From a virus, in the IMG/VR virus record IMGVR_UViG_3300007042_000002, positions 1 to 7,286 of that record: a stretch of 7,286 nt of DNA; one strand, 5' to 3'. The notes under the pieces are model-generated. The model saw only the letters and a program-made list of their open reading frames with translations, made no database searches and had not been told where the DNA came from. The position numbers and the translations under genes were made by a program. This document shows positions 5,095-7,286 of the stretch, piece after piece. Every line of letters begins with the position of its first letter. Positions within the stretch are counted from its first letter, which is position 1.

Positions 5095-5427
5095 TCAGGC
5101 GGCCTTAATCACTCGCGGAGCCTGTTGCTTCGCTACAGATTCCGGATTAATTAAAGTAAACCGGCGAGATAATGCCAAGCTGCCATAGCGGCCCGGTTCA
5201 ATATCGGCCATTACATTCCAAAGTCTTACCGTTCCAACTGATAAGGCTTCCTCTGGACGTTCTACAGGAATATCTACCCTACATGAGACCTCATCATCTA
5301 ATTGAATAATTGCACGTTGAAAATATACTGTTCTCGGGACCCCTAAGCGGGTCTGTATCTGCCTGTATTCAAGCTCTCCTTTAATCACTACTTTCGGCAA
5401 TTTAACTGTCGTCTCTTCGCTACTCAT
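5095..5427 (-). CDS. Gene-V-like ssDNA-binding protein (110 aa)
   Basis: It lies immediately after Rep. The C-terminal motif GRYGSLALSRRFTLI parallels the M13 gVp sequence GQFGSLMIDRLRLV. Size and beta-rich pattern fit an OB-fold. Confidence 0.75.
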   Translation of the reverse strand: MSSEETTVKLPKVVIKGELEYRQIQTRLGVPRTVYFQRAIIQLDDEVSCRVDIPVERPEEALSVGTVRLWNVMADIEPGRYGSLALSRRFTLINPESVAKQQAPRVIKAA

Positions 5428-5496
5428 CTTCGCTTCTTCTCTCTTCGTCTATGGGTTTAATTAATGATCCTAAACAACTGCATTTAAAGAGGCGGA

Positions 5497-6207
5497 TCAC
5501 TTCTCTTTAAATAAATCGCTATTTCCATATACGTTCAATAAAAATTTATCCAAATTTTCATTGAACTTTCCGACATCCTCTTCTGCGTTTTTCCCCTCTG
5601 ATTTTTCCCTAGATTGATCTAACAATCTGCGATGGTTAAATACTAAAGGCTGAAACAATTCATCTTTCTCTAAACGCCTTCCATAATCCATCTTTGGCGG
5701 TTTCCACTTTCCAAAATTTTCAGAAAAATCGACTAAACCACCCTTAACCACATACTTAGAAACATAATGCGCAACATCTGTTGAACTCGTCGGACGCTCT
5801 AATCGATTCCGACCAAATTCCTTAAACCAAAATTCATGCCACTCATACCGCGACATCAATTGATTAAGATCAGCCGTTGGCGCAGATACCACCGCATGAA
5901 AATGCAGGCGGCCATCTCTGTGAAATTCCGTTCCTCGCGCCCATTGCAAACCACCATGGACCGCTTTATTCCAATATTTCCCATAAACTTCCCTGTTAAT
6001 GTAATGAACGAAGTATCTAAACGCCTTATCTGCCGCTTCCGGGTGCATCCCACCTGTGCGACCACTCGCCCGCTCCCTTCGAAAAGTGAGCGTCCAAAAT
6101 TGATGCCAGTTATACCGGGCCAATAAATCCCCATACGCCTGTGCTGCTTGCGCCTGCGAACTCGCCCGAGAAAATAAAGCTGATTCGTCCTTAAATCCCT
6201 CATACAA
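5497..6207 (-). CDS. HUH rolling-circle replication initiator (236 aa from TTG 6207; the ORF is open to GTG 6291)
   Basis: Motif 1 FWTLTF, the HUH motif RLHFHAVV, and the catalytic Tyr motif AHYVSKYVVK. TTG 6207 is preceded by AGGTGG with a 5-nt spacer and overlaps the upstream stop. The 6208..6291 extension reads as Cys/Trp-rich, out-of-frame-looking sequence. Confidence 0.85.
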   Translation of the reverse strand: MYEGFKDESALFSRASSQAQAAQAYGDLLARYNWHQFWTLTFRRERASGRTGGMHPEAADKAFRYFVHYINREVYGKYWNKAVHGGLQWARGTEFHRDGRLHFHAVVSAPTADLNQLMSRYEWHEFWFKEFGRNRLERPTSSTDVAHYVSKYVVKGGLVDFSENFGKWKPPKMDYGRRLEKDELFQPLVFNHRRLLDQSREKSEGKNAEEDVGKFNENLDKFLLNVYGNSDLFKEK

Positions 6208-6472
6208 TCCGTCCACCTGTGTACATCCAGTCAAAGCCCAGACGCATCGCCAAATCTTCAAACAAATCCGGCTGAATAAATTCCCGTTCACTCACGCCCG
6301 CTAACTGCTTTGCCGTTTCGTGCGCACGCTGTGCCGGTCTACCTCTGTCCCAATAATCCCGATACCAAAACATGTAGTTATCGCGTTTTTCGCCAATTAC
6401 TAAGCCTCTATAAACCCGTAACCGGTAACGCTTACGAGGAATACCCCCGCTTTTAAGGCATTTTTGTGTCAT
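6200..6472 (-). CDS. Small basic protein (90 aa), first gene of the minus-strand operon; possibly DNA-binding
   Basis: The ATG has GAGGGT 8 nt upstream. The sequence is protein-like, with an HTH-like stretch AHETAKQLAGVSEREF. Its stop overlaps the proposed Rep TTG start. Confidence 0.55.
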   Translation of the reverse strand: MTQKCLKSGGIPRKRYRLRVYRGLVIGEKRDNYMFWYRDYWDRGRPAQRAHETAKQLAGVSEREFIQPDLFEDLAMRLGFDWMYTGGRIV

Positions 6473-6617
6473 TGAGTAAAACCCTCTTGCCCCGGATGCT
6501 CTGGAATATTTCGGCCTCCCTGTCCAGAGCAGGCAGGAAAGCCGAAATAGTCACGTGACTTTGTGACTTACCAATATGCAACCTAATTACTAGACAATTG
6601 TCAAGGATATACGTGTC
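6473..6617. promoter_or_regulatory. Divergent control region between the Rep operon and the repressor gene
   Basis: 12-bp perfect palindrome agtcacgtgact (6549..6560). GTGACTT is repeated at 6555..6561 and 6563..6569. Near-palindrome ctagacaattgtcaag (6590..6605) carries a minus-strand TTGACA. Two inverted repeats interleave: 6497..6504 with 6524..6531, and 6507..6515 with 6541..6549. Confidence 0.6.
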
Positions 6618-6905
6618 ATGTCAACAGTTGCAAAACTTCTAGACGAAGTCAAAGACCGGAAAAAAATCAGATCAGACAATGCACTAGCAAAAAAACTAGA
6701 AACACAAAGGCAAGTCGTATCACAATGGAGATACGGACTTAGCTACCCAAGTGAAGAGAACATTGCGCAATTAGCTGAAATGGCAGACGACGACCCCGGG
6801 AAGTGGCTCCTAAACATCAAAATTTCTAGAACTGAAGGAAAAGCCCGTTTAGGATGGGAATCTATTGCCAACCGTCTGTCAAACACAAACCCGATTCACG
6901 CTTAA
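6618..6905 (+). CDS. Cro/CI-type (XRE-like) HTH transcriptional repressor (95 aa)
   Basis: HTH signature SDNALAKKLETQRQVVSQWRYG. It is oriented divergently from the replication and morphogenesis operon. An AAGGA lies 10 nt upstream of the ATG. Confidence 0.75.
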   Translation: MSTVAKLLDEVKDRKKIRSDNALAKKLETQRQVVSQWRYGLSYPSEENIAQLAEMADDDPGKWLLNIKISRTEGKARLGWESIANRLSNTNPIHA

Positions 6906-6922
6906 AAACAATAACTACATAC

Positions 6923-6964
6923 GCGCTTTTGCCTTCTAATCATGAAGCCTTTCGGCAAAAGCGC
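6923..6964. repeat. Perfect 11-bp inverted repeat with a 20-nt spacer, just downstream of the repressor gene
   Basis: gcgcttttgcc (6923..6933) pairs with ggcaaaagcgc (6954..6964). It shares the TTTGCC/GGCAAA arms with the 69-bp repeats. No T-run follows. Confidence 0.6.
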
Positions 6965-7002
6965 CCTAACCATCGGCGGGGTTATGTCACCAACATACCC
7001 CC

Positions 7003-7071
7003 GCCTTTTGCTTCGTGTTTGCCCGTCGCCGACGATGAAGCACGCCGACGACCCGGCAAACCCTCAAATCA
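7003..7071 (+). repeat. 69-bp direct repeat, copy A
   Basis: Three mismatches against 31..99 (7008, 7009, 7024). It lies 215 bp upstream of copy B on the circular map and has the same nested inverted and direct repeat layout. Confidence 0.9.
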
Positions 7072-7187
7072 GCCCCGCAACACCTCAAGCAAAAAACCGT
7101 GCAAAAGAATGCGATTTAAGCGCGTCTAACGCTTCACATGGGTGATTCCCTATCCCAAGCCCTAGGAATCGATTCTAGGCATGTTTT

Positions 7188-7286
7188 AGAGCATCTATGA
7201 GCCTGCTCCGGTTGAGAGCCTTCCGCTTCGTGTTTGCCTGTCGCCGACGATGAAGCACGCCGACGACCCGGCAAACCCTCAAATCA
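7188..7286. repeat. Terminal redundancy, right copy (identical to 1..99)
   Basis: 99/99 identity with nt 1..99. The repeat starts and stops exactly at the window edges. Confidence 0.95.

Larger units (their letters stand above)
1..7286 (-). mobile_element. Complete filamentous phage (Inoviridae-like) genome, linearised with a 99-nt overlap; unit length 7187 bp
   Basis: Canonical inovirus gene order on the minus strand (Rep, ssDNA-binding, small membrane ORFs, signal-peptide major coat, Cys-rich adsorption protein, pVI-like, Zot/pI-like ATPase) plus a divergent HTH repressor. The window ends are identical over 99 nt. Confidence 0.85.

Noticed and set aside
6208-6291. GTG 6291 as the Rep start, as in the ORF track.
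   Set aside because: It would overlap the upstream ORF by 92 nt, it has no SD, and the extension translates to Cys/Trp-rich sequence. TTG 6207 with AGGTGG upstream is favoured, and GTG 6216 remains possible.
7144-7179. attcc-N-ggaat and the near-palindrome cctaggaatcgattctagg as a Neisseria dRS3-like (ATTCCC-N8-GGGAAT) target.
   Set aside because: The spacing and arm sequence do not match dRS3, the palindrome has a bulge, and no IS110-type recombinase is present.
1-7286. CRISPR array, tRNA, rRNA, IS element with transposase, or toxin-antitoxin pair.
   Set aside because: There are no regularly spaced 25-40-bp repeats, no cloverleaf-compatible sequences, no rRNA signature blocks, no transposase-like ORF, and no adjacent small ORF pair outside the structural module.

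Overview
The window reads as one complete filamentous-phage (Inoviridae-like) genome, linearised with an overlap. Nt 1..99 are identical to 7188..7286, which implies a 7187-bp circular or tandem unit. The minus strand carries a tightly coupled module in this order: a 90-aa small basic ORF, an HUH rolling-circle Rep, a gene-V-like ssDNA-binding protein, a 38-aa membrane micro-ORF (not in the ORF track), a 63-aa membrane ORF and a 76-aa major coat protein with signal peptide. A 314-bp hairpin-rich gap follows, then a 29-aa micro-ORF (not in the track), a Cys-rich pIII-like adsorption protein, a pVI-like membrane protein and a Zot/pI-like P-loop assembly ATPase. The plus strand has one credible gene, a divergent 95-aa HTH repressor. 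I saw no secretin, integrase, tRNA, rRNA or CRISPR array. The remaining ~1.6 kb (6906..7187 plus 1..1308) has no credible ORF and splits into two parts. The first is an origin-like cluster: three TTTGCC/GGCAAA inverted-repeat elements, two of them inside 69-bp near-identical direct repeats, plus a perfect 14-bp hairpin, a textbook G-quadruplex motif and 18-bp tandem iterons. The second is a ~0.9-kb GC-enriched, hairpin-dense, ORF-free segment in the cargo slot downstream of the zot-like gene. It is bracketed by a two-block direct repeat and is my best candidate for something undescribed (a structured ncRNA or non-coding insertion). I could not assign it to any RNA family by eye. Other points worth a second look are a TTGTCAAG palindrome family linking the repressor/Rep control region to a site just upstream of the assembly ATPase gene, and an ambiguous Rep N-terminus.
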